The notes: generated by a model from the letters alone, not told the origin. 61,179 nt of DNA, filler included, from Globobulimina sp. (GCA_003354225.1; 19 parts of 19 records of this genome joined end to end with filler, not necessarily neighbours in it); one strand, 5' to 3'; positions 45,428 to 58,215 are shown, counted from the first letter of the whole stretch. Made by a program: numbers and translations.

Positions 45428-48289
45428 ATGACCAGACCACCAAAACCAAAAACCAGTCCGTTGCATAATGAATGGCACAAATATGTAAATAAATTTGTTC
45501 CAGATTATCTTAATAAACATAAAAACTCCCAAAATACACAAAATGATACACATGATATTAAAATAGATAAAATAAACCAAAATAAACAATCCAAAATAAT
45601 AAATCCATCCAGAATAAATACAGAAACTATAATCCCAAATAATAACTACCAAATACTGAATGACCCCATCCTAAAATACGAGATTCGTTCAGTTATAAGA
45701 AATTTGAAGACACACAAAGCATACGGACCTGATAGAATTCACAACCAAATGATTAAACACGGGGGAGAACCCCTCATTGACTGCCTAATACCACTATTTA
45801 ATAAATGTATGACTAATGGAGTGTTTCCCGGATATTGGAATTTCTCCCACCTTCTACCAATACCCAAACCAAAAAAGGACCACAGCAATCCTAAAAACTA
45901 CAGACCCATTGCAGTCTCTTCTTGCTTAGGTAGAGTTTTTGAAAAGATACTGGCTAACAGACTTCAACACTTCTGTGTGGAAAACAGAATTTTTGATAAT
46001 TACCAGTGTGGTTTCCAAATAAACCGCTGCTGTGATGATGTACTAACAACGTTTATAACAGACATACAAACAACTTTTGATATGGTCAGTGATACTGACG
46101 TTGTATTCACGGACTTCTCAAAAGCATATGACAGCGTCTGGCACAATGGCCTATTATATAAACTAATTAAAAATAATATAAACGGAAAAATGCTCAGAGT
46201 CCTGGCCTCTTTTATACAGACCAGATTCACCAAAGTCATTGCAAAAAAAGCAGAGTCTAATTGGGTTGCTCAACCAATTGGAGTGCCGCAAGGATCAGCT
46301 CTGTCTCCCATCCTTTATATACTGTTCACAAATGATTTCAAAATCAAATATCCAAATTTTGTCCATTTCGCTTGCTTTGCAGATGATACTGCCTTTTGGA
46401 CCAGCCCTGGTTCAAAAGATCCATTACGTTACAAATTCCTCCAAAAGGAACTTAATCACTTTGGTGACTGGTGTGAAAAATGGCAATTAATGATCAACCC
46501 ATCCAAATGCCTATCCATGAGCTTCTCCCACAGCAATCCTATCAAATACTATCCTAAATTCACTGAAACTATAGATCCAAATACTAATAAAAAAATAAAA
46601 ATAAGTAAATATCTTATCAACTCCATACCATTAAAATATGAGAATACTGCTAGATATCTTGGACTTTGGTTTGATGAGAGGCTCAATTTTAAAGCCCATT
46701 TCAATAAAATAAAAGCCAAATCCATGCGAAGTTATTGGAGACTTTATTTCACAATGAAAGCAGGAATAAAACTCTCTCCATTATCCATAGCAATCCTTTA
46801 TAAATCATTAGCAAGATCTAGGATAGAATATGGATTGACCCATTACTACCCCTATAATTCCAATAACGTACTACAAATTATTCAAAATAAATTCCTCCGA
46901 CTTGCGATGCCATGCAGGCTAGATTCACCAATGGATATCATCCGATTCTGCCTAAAAATTGAGCCGATTCAAACCAGAGCCCACTACCTAACAATGAGGC
47001 AATTGGCAAGAGTCTATTTCAACAATGATTACCATCCACTAAATAAAACATATAAAGCCTTAATAAAATATAAACAAACCATCCATTCCCATAAATATCG
47101 CCGATCCAATAGAAATAAAACGAATCTGCTCACAAATCTAAATAAAAATTCCCTAATAATTGCTGAAAAATACTGTCAAAATAATAACAACATCAAAGCA
47201 CTGACGCAGGATCTCAATAAAATGAATAAAAAACAAATTACATCCTCGCCAACCTATAATCTTAAAATATTACCAACAAACTATGAGGTAAACCTATCCC
47301 CGGCTAATCCCTCAATGCCCAATGATATCAATATTACCATCGCATTCACCGACGGATCATGTGACCCAAACCCAGGGAAAGGCGGAGCTGCAATTTATGT
47401 ACCACCCCAACCATCGCACCATGCACCATTTAAACAAGTTTATTATTTCAAAATCCCAGTTACCATTACAACTGCGGAGATTGAGGCTGTCCATATGATC
47501 CTAAATTATATAATAAATAAACAAAATAATTCACACATTCATTACAAACTATACATTGACAATTTGCCACTCCTCCAATTTGTGAATGGGCAAAACTATC
47601 CAAAATATAATGAAACTAAAATCTTAATCGAGAATATATATATAAAATTAATGCAAATCCAACAAAACAAACCAAATATTTTCATTTCTTTCATCAAAAT
47701 TAAATCCCATAATAATAATATCTATAATGATGAGGTTGACCGTTTGGCAAATTTTGCAGCTAAACATGCAAAATATGATCCAAACTTATATACAGAAATC
47801 ACATATAATACTACAATAACTCAAATGCATAAACAAATTAGATACCAATGGAGTAAATCATGGCTAAATAGGAATACTAAACCCGATCAAGATAGCTATA
47901 AAATGTATAGATCCAATCCAACTCTACATAATAAACTCAATAAAATAATAAGACACCTAAATAAAGACGAAGCGGCGATGCTGAATAGATTCATATCTGG
48001 ACATATAGAATTAAATGAATTTCTATTCAAACATAAATATAAAGATACAGACAAAACTGAGATAATTTCGCCAAATTGTAATCAATGCAATGACACAGTA
48101 CCAGAATCCATATACCATTTCCTCATTAAATGCCCAGCCTATACTCAGCAACGCCAGAGAATGATTGATTCATTCCACGACATTTGGATAGGTTTTAGAG
48201 ATGGAAATAGATTTAGCCTGAAAGAGCTACTCTATCCATACACTATCCGAAGACCGCCAGACATTGAGAAAGAGCTAGAAATAATGACT
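45428..48289 (+). mobile_element. Non-LTR retrotransposon ORF2: reverse transcriptase, RNase H and CCHC finger, 5'- and 3'-truncated
   Basis: RT motifs KAYGPD, NYRPIA, QCGF, DFSKAYDSV, GVPQGSALSP, FADD and RYLG. RNase H motifs FTDGS, AEIEA, YIDN and KSH..NDEVDRLA. C-terminal CNQC..ESIYHFLIKC. Confidence 0.95.
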
Positions 48290-49048
48290 NNNNNNNNNNN
48301 NNNNNNNNNNNNNNNNNNNNNNNNNNNNNNNNNTTAATTAATTAANNNNNNNNNNNNNNNNNNNNNNNNNNNNNNNNNNNNNNNNNNNNGATGTGGTGTG
48401 CCAGGAACGACCTGGATATCATCGATTCTGTTTCTTTGGTGGTAGATAGAGCATAAAATGTGCTCTGTATCAAACGCAGAAGGCGGGAAGGTGACGAAAG
48501 GATGCTTTAGACTTAGTGACTTCAAAAAAACTAGTAAGGTTTGGTTTTAAAATGCAAGTCTTCAAATGAAATATTCGTCACATATTTCGAAGGTATTTTT
48601 TGACATTGGTTTCAAATCATAATATTTTAGATTTCATGTACAAACTATTGAGCTAATTTTCATTGTGGTGATCGGACTTCAACTTTTGGAGTTACAGTAA
48701 TCGCTCACCACAATAAATTAGCTCAATGGTTGTGATTGCCGAGAAATGGGAATATTTTCATTTTACAGAATTAACGTTCCAAAAAAAAAAATATAGATTT
48801 GTAAATAACTATTGTAAAACAAAAACGTTTGTAGCAATGCTATAAAGTAAATCATTTATGGGACGCTAAACAGTATTTTTCCGAGGCGATTAACCCACAT
48901 AAATAAAATAAGAATGGACTGAATGTTATCATAATGAACCTCATTAGAATACATTTGTCTTTTTACATGATTCTGTAATCTTGAATGTTCGGACTGAAAT
49001 TTAATGTACTTTTCGGAGTCAAAGTTAACGGAAAAATAAAACAAATCG

Positions 49049-50644
49049 TCACCATACTAAATTACGGAGTTGATATCTAACCGAAGGCAAACGCATTAAA
49101 CCGCTGATTCGTTTGTAGTTTTTGTATATTTGCTTTATTTTGTGATTGTAAACTCCTTTGAAAGAGAATAATGTCTTTGCATAATGCCGCACAAGTTTAG
49201 TATTCAGTTTTCGTTTAATTTTATTATCCTTAAATAACTCTGTGAACCGCAGCATATATCGTCCAAACTGATCACCATAAATACCCGTATTCAAATTACT
49301 ATTTTGTTCATACGTATATTGCATAAACAAAAAGAAGTATTTTTCAAACAGTTTGGTAATTTTCAGCCAAATATATCCTTCCAATGATTCCAATCCACTC
49401 AACTGATAAAATAAAGGCACACTTTCTCTCAAAACATCCTCTCGAAACGAAATAGTTCGTAACCATGGTTCCAATTCGTTCAATAAACTCTTTCTGATCT
49501 TTTTAATATCCACAGAGTTCGCAACATTCTTGGCATAGAATATAGTTTTAAATATTTTCTTCATCTCTGGGATTGCAAACAGCCAACGAATAAATTGAAA
49601 CAAATAATCATTGAATAACTCCAAATAAACGCCAATGGTGATATGTATGGAGTATTTATCATGATCCAATACATCAGCTTCGTGCATATGACCTCTTGGA
49701 AGATATAGAAAGTCGCCTGCCTTCAATTCAAATTCCATCGCAACATTGCCCCGTTTCACCACACTACGAAGCTCATCATATGCACTCGTCGACAGCTCAC
49801 TGATTATATGTTTCTGGCACAAATCAGCTTTATCAGTAAATGAAAAGTTTGCTTGTGAACAATAATGATGCAAATCCTTATATACTCTCCAATGTTTGGT
49901 ATGATTTATCTGCAAAATCCAGGCTTCCTCCATATCATAATGAGCCTCATAGCCTTTGTTGAAAGCCGGTGTCAAATACATATTTGAGCGCACTGCAAAG
50001 CCAATTTGATTTGTTAATGTCTCCACAAACTGTCGTAATGACAGTAAATGGTATTCCAACTGGAAAAATTTTATTGTATAATTGTTTTGTTGCATATATT
50101 GAATTGCACCGAGATCCCATGGACCAAACTCATTATTCAACTCTTGATGATATTGTATGATGCCATTTAATTCTGATTGAGATAATGTGGCTAAATACTT
50201 TTCATTTTGGTCCACTCGGAATGGTTGAACGTGCGCATCCTTTCCTGTCTCATAAATACCAACAAAAACTTCTGGATATGGTCCTAAGCCGCTTGGTGCT
50301 GTAATATCTGATCTTGTGTCCAAATATTTTAATATGTTTTGGTATGAGTTCATGATATTTAATGCAGCATAATATTCGGGTTTGTTGTCACGAGATATAT
50401 GCAATGGTCGTCGATCAAAGTATTCATTGGCGAATTCTGGGATAGATACTGGATACAATAGATATTCTAATAATGATTGTGGCCCACAGTAGCAACTAAA
50501 TTCTGTTGCTTTATAGTCTGGAATATAACCATGAGGACAATGGCTTTGCACAAAATCATGCGCTGATGAATATGAGACAGAGTATTCAGTGCAGAGAAGT
50601 GGAGGCAAAGTTAACCATACGGCAAGCAATGAAACTGAGAACAT
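49049..50644 (-). CDS. JmjC/Cupin_4 2-oxoglutarate oxygenase (ROX/NO66/MINA53/ycfD-like) with N-terminal signal peptide
   Basis: EFANEYFDRRPLHISR, NMYLTP..GYEAHYD (HxD), ILQINHTKHW (2OG Lys), LKAGDFLYLPRGHMHEA (distal His) and SIHITIG. First ATG 50644 gives MFSVSLLAVWLTLPPLLC. Confidence 0.88.
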   Translation of the reverse strand: MFSVSLLAVWLTLPPLLCTEYSVSYSSAHDFVQSHCPHGYIPDYKATEFSCYCGPQSLLEYLLYPVSIPEFANEYFDRRPLHISRDNKPEYYAALNIMNSYQNILKYLDTRSDITAPSGLGPYPEVFVGIYETGKDAHVQPFRVDQNEKYLATLSQSELNGIIQYHQELNNEFGPWDLGAIQYMQQNNYTIKFFQLEYHLLSLRQFVETLTNQIGFAVRSNMYLTPAFNKGYEAHYDMEEAWILQINHTKHWRVYKDLHHYCSQANFSFTDKADLCQKHIISELSTSAYDELRSVVKRGNVAMEFELKAGDFLYLPRGHMHEADVLDHDKYSIHITIGVYLELFNDYLFQFIRWLFAIPEMKKIFKTIFYAKNVANSVDIKKIRKSLLNELEPWLRTISFREDVLRESVPLFYQLSGLESLEGYIWLKITKLFEKYFFLFMQYTYEQNSNLNTGIYGDQFGRYMLRFTELFKDNKIKRKLNTKLVRHYAKTLFSFKGVYNHKIKQIYKNYKRISGLMRLPSVRYQLRNLVW

Positions 50645-51653
50645 GATGAAAAGGAAAAAAAAACGTATTATTAACCACTGCAGTGTGAGATCCGATTCTA
50701 TGCTCACAAATTCTCATTAAAAAGCAGGTACTTCTTTTTACACCACTCATTACCATTGTCTTTTTACACCACTATAATCTTGTCCATGTACATAAAATCC
50801 AAACAATTTGTATCGATTTTTATTGTTTTACCATAAATGTATGATATTGATGCAGATTGTATAGAGATACTTTGTTTGTCCATATTCCGAATTCGTATGT
50901 TATTTAGGGTTTTTCCTTACGAATCAAAAATACCGCATACACGCTCATAACCATTATTGTGTTTTATTTACTTCTCAAATGGTTTACGTTAGTATGCGCA
51001 CAAAACTCAGGAATTCCCAGCTGAGATAAGCAGTACATTTATGTTGTTGTCTCCGTTTCAAAATTCCAACATATCCGAAAATCCGTTATTTTTCACTCTC
51101 AGTCGATCCAAAAGTTGGACTCCGACCACAACAATGAAAATTAGCTCAATAGTTGTGTCTGCAGTACATATGCTATACATTGCAAAAGTCCATTTCATCG
51201 CATACAGTTTTTCATCTTGTTGAAATTGTGAGAAATACTAAGAGCGAGGGTGACGGCATTATCGTAGAGGTACAACTGAAGAAAGAAAATACAAATATAT
51301 TAACAAGATCTAGAATCACTTTTCATTTTGATTTTGATTATTTACATCATTTGCACTTAGCTTCCTGTGGTTGTGCCTGTGCTGCCATCATTGGTTGTTT
51401 TATTCTCTCTCAATCCAAATGCATTTTTGCCTTCTCCTAAATATTTACTTTTAACAACATCATCAAAACTGTCATCCGAATTATCGCCTTCCTCTTCCAA
51501 CTCCATTTTATANNNNNNNNNNNNNNNNNNNNNNNNNNNNNNNNNNNNNNNNNNNNTTAATTAATTAANNNNNNNNNNNNNNNNNNNNNNNNNNNNNNNN
51601 NNNNNNNNNNNNTATATGTTTAAATGAACAATAAAACATATTATAAATTGTAG

Positions 51654-53013
51654 GGTAATGAAACACAACGTGGTGTTGCCCATGGCACTCTATTATCAAC
51701 GCAGATTATCGATTGGCTGGAATTTTATCTCATACAGACCATCTTCAAAGGATCAAGTGTTGCTTATAACACATTCTGTTAAGATAAATATATAAAACAG
51801 TAACACAAACATATATAATATCACTTCTATAATACATATCGCAGATGAATTTGTCCAAACCAATATAACATTCCCGCAACCATTTGCTGCAGAGATTGAC
51901 GCAATTATCCAAGGCATGACTGACGCAACAACACCAATGCTCGTACCCTCATTAAACAGAAGCATCACAAGATATGATATTATGGCTATGAATGCGTATT
52001 TGGAAGTAACAGCTCTTGTGCCTGGCCCCTTTCTCATAGCACCTAAACCTGAACACCAACTCTCTGCGGCCTGTACCCAATTCATTGCTACCTATGACTT
52101 TACAGATAATGGACATTTATTAACCGGGCGCAATATGGATGGAGAATGTGATGCAGCCAAAGTCACAGTGACCCATTTGATAGTATTTGCCATTGAAAGT
52201 CCAACTGCTCCCCGGATAGTTTCATTCCTATGGCCTGGTTTTGTGGGCAGCCTAAGTGCCATCAATGAAAACGGTGTCTATGTAATGATGAATACGGGCA
52301 ATATGGCTGCTGTGTCAGTCATTGGTGATCTTACTCCAATCTCCGTGATACAGAGAAGCATTATCAATAATGTGTTAAACACGAATTTTTCATCATCATT
52401 GATCCAGCAATATGTGGTAAATAATTTTGCATCGTCTCAGAGTGCCACCAAGCAGGGAGCCTCTGGAGGCGGTGCCATTTTAGTTTGTGCTTGCGACCAA
52501 CCAGTCGATGAGTATAATAAATCAGAAACTATGTTCGTATTAGAAATGGACAGATCGTATACGATTGTTCGTAAACCGACAGAATCACCGGATTTACTGA
52601 TAACAGATGCGATTATGGCATCGAATCACTTTCGCAAATATGGAGTGAATATCAGCAGAAATGATCCGGTGTCGGATAATGAATTTAACGTTTTTAATAT
52701 GGATGTCCGAACGGGTTATTATAATTCGAGTTGGCGCTATGAAACAGGCAGAGAGAAATTATATGCATATAATAGGACCATTGGGTATATTGATGTTAAT
52801 GCTATGCAAGACCTTCTGCGATCTGTATCTCATGGAACTACAGAACATTCTATCATTACTCAGACGACAGGAGGTGTACAGTTTTGGTTTGCTGTCGCAA
52901 ATCCTTTATCGGAGAATTGGGATGCACCATATGAGAGGTGGTATCATTTTGAATTTGAAGAATTATTTACTCACTGGAATGTAACAGACAATATAAATAA
53001 TGTAAATGTGTAA
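51654..53013 (+). CDS. Ntn-hydrolase, peptidase C45 (acyl-CoA:6-APA acyltransferase)/acid-ceramidase-like, intron 51778..51844, 5'-truncated
   Basis: GNETQRGVAHG, then EIDAIIQGM after splicing. Autocleavage site AA|CTQF with nucleophile Cys, LTGRNMD, WPGFVGSLSAINENG and ASNHF. Confidence 0.85.
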
Positions 53014-53385
53014 ATTGATATGTACATAAATTATTATCCTTGCACCTAGCTGTAATTTACAGTAGAAACATCTTAAAGTTTTGAAGTATTATATATTCAA
53101 TGCTGTTACGAGGCATCGATTTGTCTGTTCGGTTGCTGTCATCAGTTTGCATATATGCTTCATGTTCTGTTTGACGTGAATTATAATACCAAATAGTAAA
53201 TGTGGTGACACCGACAACAGCAATAACAAGTGATTTTGGTGATATTACGTTGGATTAATTGCTGATAATCCATAGAAAATTAATGAAATTACTGAACAAT
53301 GTTTTTGAAATTTCTACAAAAAAACGTTTCTCAAACACAAAAAATAACTAGTACTAATATGTATAAGTATGATTATCGTACAATA

Positions 53386-54735
53386 TCATTTCCCTGCATG
53401 TTTTGTTTGAATATTCTGTGCATTCGCATCGTTCCCTAAATTATATCCAAATCCTTCAGTTTTATTTGATTGCTCAACCGCCATTGATAACGAATATGAA
53501 TTTATTTTTTGTAAATTTACCGGTTCATTATTTGAATATTTACCAATTGTTACATTGTCATCATTCCATTTCATATCACATAGAACTTCATCCATCAATA
53601 AATCGTTATTATCATCGTTTTTAACTTTATTTTCCCCGTTATCATTATTTGTAATGCCTGGAGGAGTTCCATTGATTTCCTCATCAGACATTACATCATT
53701 TACATCGAAAACGTGATCATTTACATCCATATCTATATGCAATGCAACTGGAATATTATTTAGATTCCTTCCAAACTGTATTTGTTGATCTGACTCGCTA
53801 ATTGGAGTTTTTTTAGTTGTTTTTGCGTTTTTTGTTTGTTCCAATGTATCACAATCACCATCACTTTGTATTGGCGTTCCCGTGCTAGCTACAATCGCCA
53901 TACATACCTGCTCCTTTAGAGCTATTTTTTGTTTAGGTTCTACTTTTTCTTTTCTTTTCCCAGTTCGTAATAATATTAAAATACAGCAACAACAGAGACA
54001 AATCAATATAATAAGAATTACTACCACTAAATTCGATAAATTCTGAAATAATCCATATTCAACCTTAAAATGCTTAGATTCCTCTCCTGTTTGTTGTAAA
54101 GTTGCAATTGTAACAGTCGTTGTAGTTTGACGTGTACTCGTTGCCATTTGCATGGTCGATGCTGCTGTAGATGTAGTAGCTGTATGTGTGCTGGTTGACG
54201 ACTGTGCAGTGTCAGAAATAGTGGTTGCGATTGGAAATGAAGTTGTTGGTGCCACAGTTGTCGGGGTTGCAGTTGTCGGATTAACTGTTGTTGGTATATT
54301 TGTTGGAACGTTTGTTGGAACATTGCTTGGATCAGATGTTGGATTAGCTGTTGGATCACTTGTTGGATTCGCCGATAAATCATAAGAATATATGATAGTG
54401 AAGGAAGTCAATGAGATACGCTCTGATGTGTCATCCAAACCTATATAGATTTGTAAGCCTTGATCAGTTACAAATGCAGAGTTATACTGACATTGCATTT
54501 GGAATGATGTTGACTGCCATGTTGGATTTGTATATATAGCAGTTAATGTACCGGCAGTTGCGTCATTTTCTAATACAATAATTAAGGGCCAATAATTGTC
54601 AATGTTTCTATTTTCGGTGTCCCAGTCCCTGCTATATGAGCAACCTCCAGTTGCTTTGCATTCACGTTCTGAATATCCGTTACAATAAGAAGTGTCAACG
54701 CATGATTTAACATCTCCAGATGCCGCATTATAGCC
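53386..54735 (-). CDS. Type I membrane protein with PT-repeat mucin-like stalk, 5'-truncated
   Basis: ANPTSDPTANPTSDPSNVPTNVPTNIPTT repeats, TM VVVILIILICLCCCCILILL followed by RTGKRK, and an acidic cytoplasmic tail. Confidence 0.8.
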   Translation of the reverse strand, partial: GYNAASGDVKSCVDTSYCNGYSERECKATGGCSYSRDWDTENRNIDNYWPLIIVLENDATAGTLTAIYTNPTWQSTSFQMQCQYNSAFVTDQGLQIYIGLDDTSERISLTSFTIIYSYDLSANPTSDPTANPTSDPSNVPTNVPTNIPTTVNPTTATPTTVAPTTSFPIATTISDTAQSSTSTHTATTSTAASTMQMATSTRQTTTTVTIATLQQTGEESKHFKVEYGLFQNLSNLVVVILIILICLCCCCILILLRTGKRKEKVEPKQKIALKEQVCMAIVASTGTPIQSDGDCDTLEQTKNAKTTKKTPISESDQQIQFGRNLNNIPVALHIDMDVNDHVFDVNDVMSDEEINGTPPGITNNDNGENKVKNDDNNDLLMDEVLCDMKWNDDNVTIGKYSNNEPVNLQKINSYSLSMAVEQSNKTEGFGYNLGNDANAQNIQTKHAGK

Positions 54736-55041
54736 NNNNNNNNNNNNNNNNNNNNNNNNNNNNNNNNNNNNNNNNNNNNTTAATTAATTAANNNNNNNNN
54801 NNNNNNNNNNNNNNNNNNNNNNNNNNNNNNNNNNNGAAATCTTTAATTGATTTCTTAAAGTTTTGAAGAAAAAAAAAATTGTACAGAAAGCACATTTAGT
54901 TATCTTGTTCAAACTCATTTGAAACTATAAAACGATCGTTCCCGAATCAACGGGGTGTTTAAGAGTTTGTAAATTATAGACGTACAATAGGTATAATTTA
55001 ATAAAGGTAAATCATATATTAAAACACTTAAATTCTGTCAT

Positions 55042-57585
55042 TCAATCATTTATTATGCTTTGAGATCTCATTGCTTTAATATGTCTTCTGTTTGCTAAAT
55101 ATGTGTAACACAACAAATCAATAAAAAAACAAACAAACAAAATATATAACATAACTACTAAAGGTATGATAGTCAACAATTTCAATTTTTAAATACGATC
55201 TAATCCGATCCATACAATCTTCATCATTTTTACCAGTGACCAATGAAAAAACAAATACTTTTTTATATGTGGATATTCCACATCTTTTTGCATAGCACAC
55301 AATTGGATTAAATGTCGGCACATCAAAATTGATTACAATATTGACATGGAATGAAAATCCTGAACTCATCAAATCTGTTGAAAACAGGATACCTCCATTC
55401 TCTTTCCAATTACTTATAATATCATTTCTTTCCGAATTGTTACACGTTTTATCAATTACATAAAACATTGATTTTGGTCGAGGCGGACGCACATTATCAT
55501 TGTCTACAAATTGCGCGAAAACCCTCCGCAATGACTTCCTGCCATTCATAAATACCACAATTGAATCACCTCTGTAATTCCCCAAAATATCAGAGAGCGC
55601 CGCACATTTTCTCCATTCATTCGCTACATATTTCTCAATGTGAACCATTCCTTGTATGCTGCGGAAATCATCACAAATATTTTCATCAATACCATCTCTC
55701 TCATCTTGCATAGTATTTATATTCTGATCTATCGATTTGATAAACCTCTGCGCGCATTGCTTGCCATGCGGTAACATTATGCTTTGCGTCCATAACATGC
55801 GAATGCGATGTCTTTTGGGGAAGGCAGAAACAATGTTTTTCATAAAAGTGGAATGCGACTGCGATGTGATTAGTTCATCCGCACCATCCAGAGCCAAACA
55901 AATTAAATTTGACAGTTTATTCTCATTTAAGATGCCACGCTGTACCATGTCGCTAATTTTGCCGGGTGTCCCAGTGATTATATCCAAACCGCCGCGCAGT
56001 CTTCGGATGCATTGATAGCTCGGCATGCCACCAATTAAACACATCGCATATAGCTCATAGAAGCGACCAATATTCACAAACATACGACGTGCTTCTAAGG
56101 CCATATGTCGCCTGGGAGCAATCAGTAAAACTTGTGGTTTTCTCGAGGAATCCCATGCGGCCAAAGAGTCGCCGCAGTGTTCATTTAGGTTCATAATCTC
56201 AAGAATACCAACGACCATCGCCATTAATCTATCTGCGTAGGTTATGTTTGTGCCAATAATATGTTTGAATCCATGGCGGATCAAATTAATTAAATTGATA
56301 CATTCTGTTTTGGGCATTCTTAGATTTTGAATCAGTTGCAATGCTCTCATGGTTTCATTCCGCAGTCCTAATTCTTTCCATTTATTTATTATACATTCAT
56401 TTGTATTTTCTACAAATTGTACTTTACGCTCTTCGTTTTCTTACAACAAACAAAAACAAATTTCAAATGCATTATATACTGTTTGTCATTATTTCATTAT
56501 GACTGTAAAATGAGTGCATAAATGAGTGTAAAATCACTAAAATGTTTGTATGGTTTGTATCAGAATGGCAATTGTTGTACATACTACATACCACCAAATA
56601 TGATTGTCATTTTACCGAAACCATTACACAAACTGAGCGACTCTGATTTATCCGAAATGATTGATATATCATCTAATGATATTTGTTTCTCTTCATTGCC
56701 ATTCTCAGACTCAGATTGATCATTAATTATAATAAAATCATCATCATTATCTTCAATATCTTCATCTGATGATACAAAAATTGGATTCGCTTTATTATAT
56801 TCATTCATTTTACTTTGGGCATAATCTTTATATGATGATGATATATTCGATATATTTGATATAACACTAGCACTGTCTGAACATACTGATATATTCTCCT
56901 TTTTTATTTTTTTGAATGGTCGTTCATTGATATTATGGGAAATATTGAGTGGTCGCTTTTTGTTGCATTTCTTTTTTCTTTTATAATCATTGTCAATTGC
57001 AATGCTTGCATTTTTTTGCTGTTTAGATGCTTGGTCATTATTATTATGATAATGTGAAGTATGGAATGATCGGATTGGTGGCGGTGTGACTGGTCTATCC
57101 TCAAATGTATATTTTGATATGTCAATATCTTCATCATTTTCACTTAATTGTTGGCTATTTGCATCATCCATACTTTCTTCATCATAATCTGCTTCAAAAT
57201 TGTCAATATGATTGTTTTTTAAATGCGGTGGCGTTGCTGGCGGATCTTCCCTACTTTGTACACCTTCGGAATATACATTTGGTGAATTGTTGTTATAATT
57301 GTTATTATCCCCTTCTATTTGATGTGGTAATGATGGCGAGAAACTGTTATATATAATTGTTCATACACGCACAAGTTTTGAATACAAACCGTACCAATTA
57401 TTTATAAATTGATAACCTATCATGTCATCACATATAATACATTTGTTCATTTCATCAAACATTCTAATGCCTGCACACTATAAGTTGGTATATTTATTTA
57501 TTTTGTGTACGAGTACAAATAAACATATAGGTACAGTTTTGCAATAAGCATATCTTGTTCGGTTTTGGCCTTCAATGGTTTCCAT
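55042..57585 (-). CDS. Zn-ribbon plus disordered linker plus degenerate eIF4A-like DEAD-box fold (probable pseudo-helicase), multi-exon
   Basis: ATG 57585. Introns 57478..57534, 57344..57394 and 56440..56591 (alternative donor 56615) join YCKT|CAG..CYICD, ORF 56584..57171 and ORF 55118..56350. WKELGL, LIAPRRHMA, IGG, GTPGKI, LDGADEL, STDL and VINFDVP follow DEAD-box motif order. The last exon is tentative. Confidence 0.75.
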
Positions 57586-57837
57586 GATTTGTTAAATTGT
57601 CGCAAAAAACTGTCGCAGTTGCTGCTAACATGAGGGATATTATAAACTCAATCATCAGATGCGTAGATATTCGCAACAACAGCTCGATTTCTGCTCAAAT
57701 AATGAAGCTATAGAATGCTAAAGCTATGTATTGGAAAAGTAAATATTTATTCATTACAAAGCCATTGACGTCGAATCAAATGTATAATTAATAATTGGAC
57801 GCATAACTCTGATTAACTCATATAAAGAATCAAAGCA

Positions 57838-57957
57838 ATGGTCAAAAATAACAATTCCAAAGAAATACATTATTGTGAAATATGCGGAAACGTTGCTGTT
57901 AGAAAATGTAACCAATGTCAAGTAACATTTTATTGTTGTCCAGAACATCAAAATTTA
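57838..57957 (+). CDS. MYND zinc-finger protein N-terminus, ZMYND12-like, truncated
   Basis: MVKNNNSKEIHYCEICGNVAVRKCNQCQVTFYCCPEHQNL. Not in the ORF track because it is under 60 aa. Confidence 0.75.
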
Positions 57958-58057
57958 NNNNNNNNNNNNNNNNNNNNNNNNNNNNNNNNNNNNNNNNNNN
58001 NTTAATTAATTAANNNNNNNNNNNNNNNNNNNNNNNNNNNNNNNNNNNNNNNNNNNN

Positions 58058-58215
58058 TATTTACCGATAAAAAATATTGGAATGGTACCAAAGGATAAAA
58101 GGGTTTATTTGCAGGAATTTATTAAAACCAATGATGCGGGAAAAGTTATATTTGAATCAGAGAATAAATATTTTAATCCAACCTTTGATCCTGAAGGTAA
58201 GTATCTTTATTTTCA
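58058..58215 (+). CDS. Fragment of a bacterial TolB/tricorn-like (PD40) beta-propeller protein
   Basis: Open frame YLPIKNIG...YFNPTFDPEGKYLYF resembles the PxFxPDGKYLYF repeat. Confidence 0.5.

Noticed and set aside
22592-48289. Apparent cluster of Helitron, MULE and LINE as a composite mobile island
   Set aside because: Each is on a separate contig, and the order reflects only length sorting.
51357-51512. Acidic open frame on the minus strand (MELEEEGDNSDDSF..)
   Set aside because: Probably the 3' end of a truncated gene, but too short to assign.
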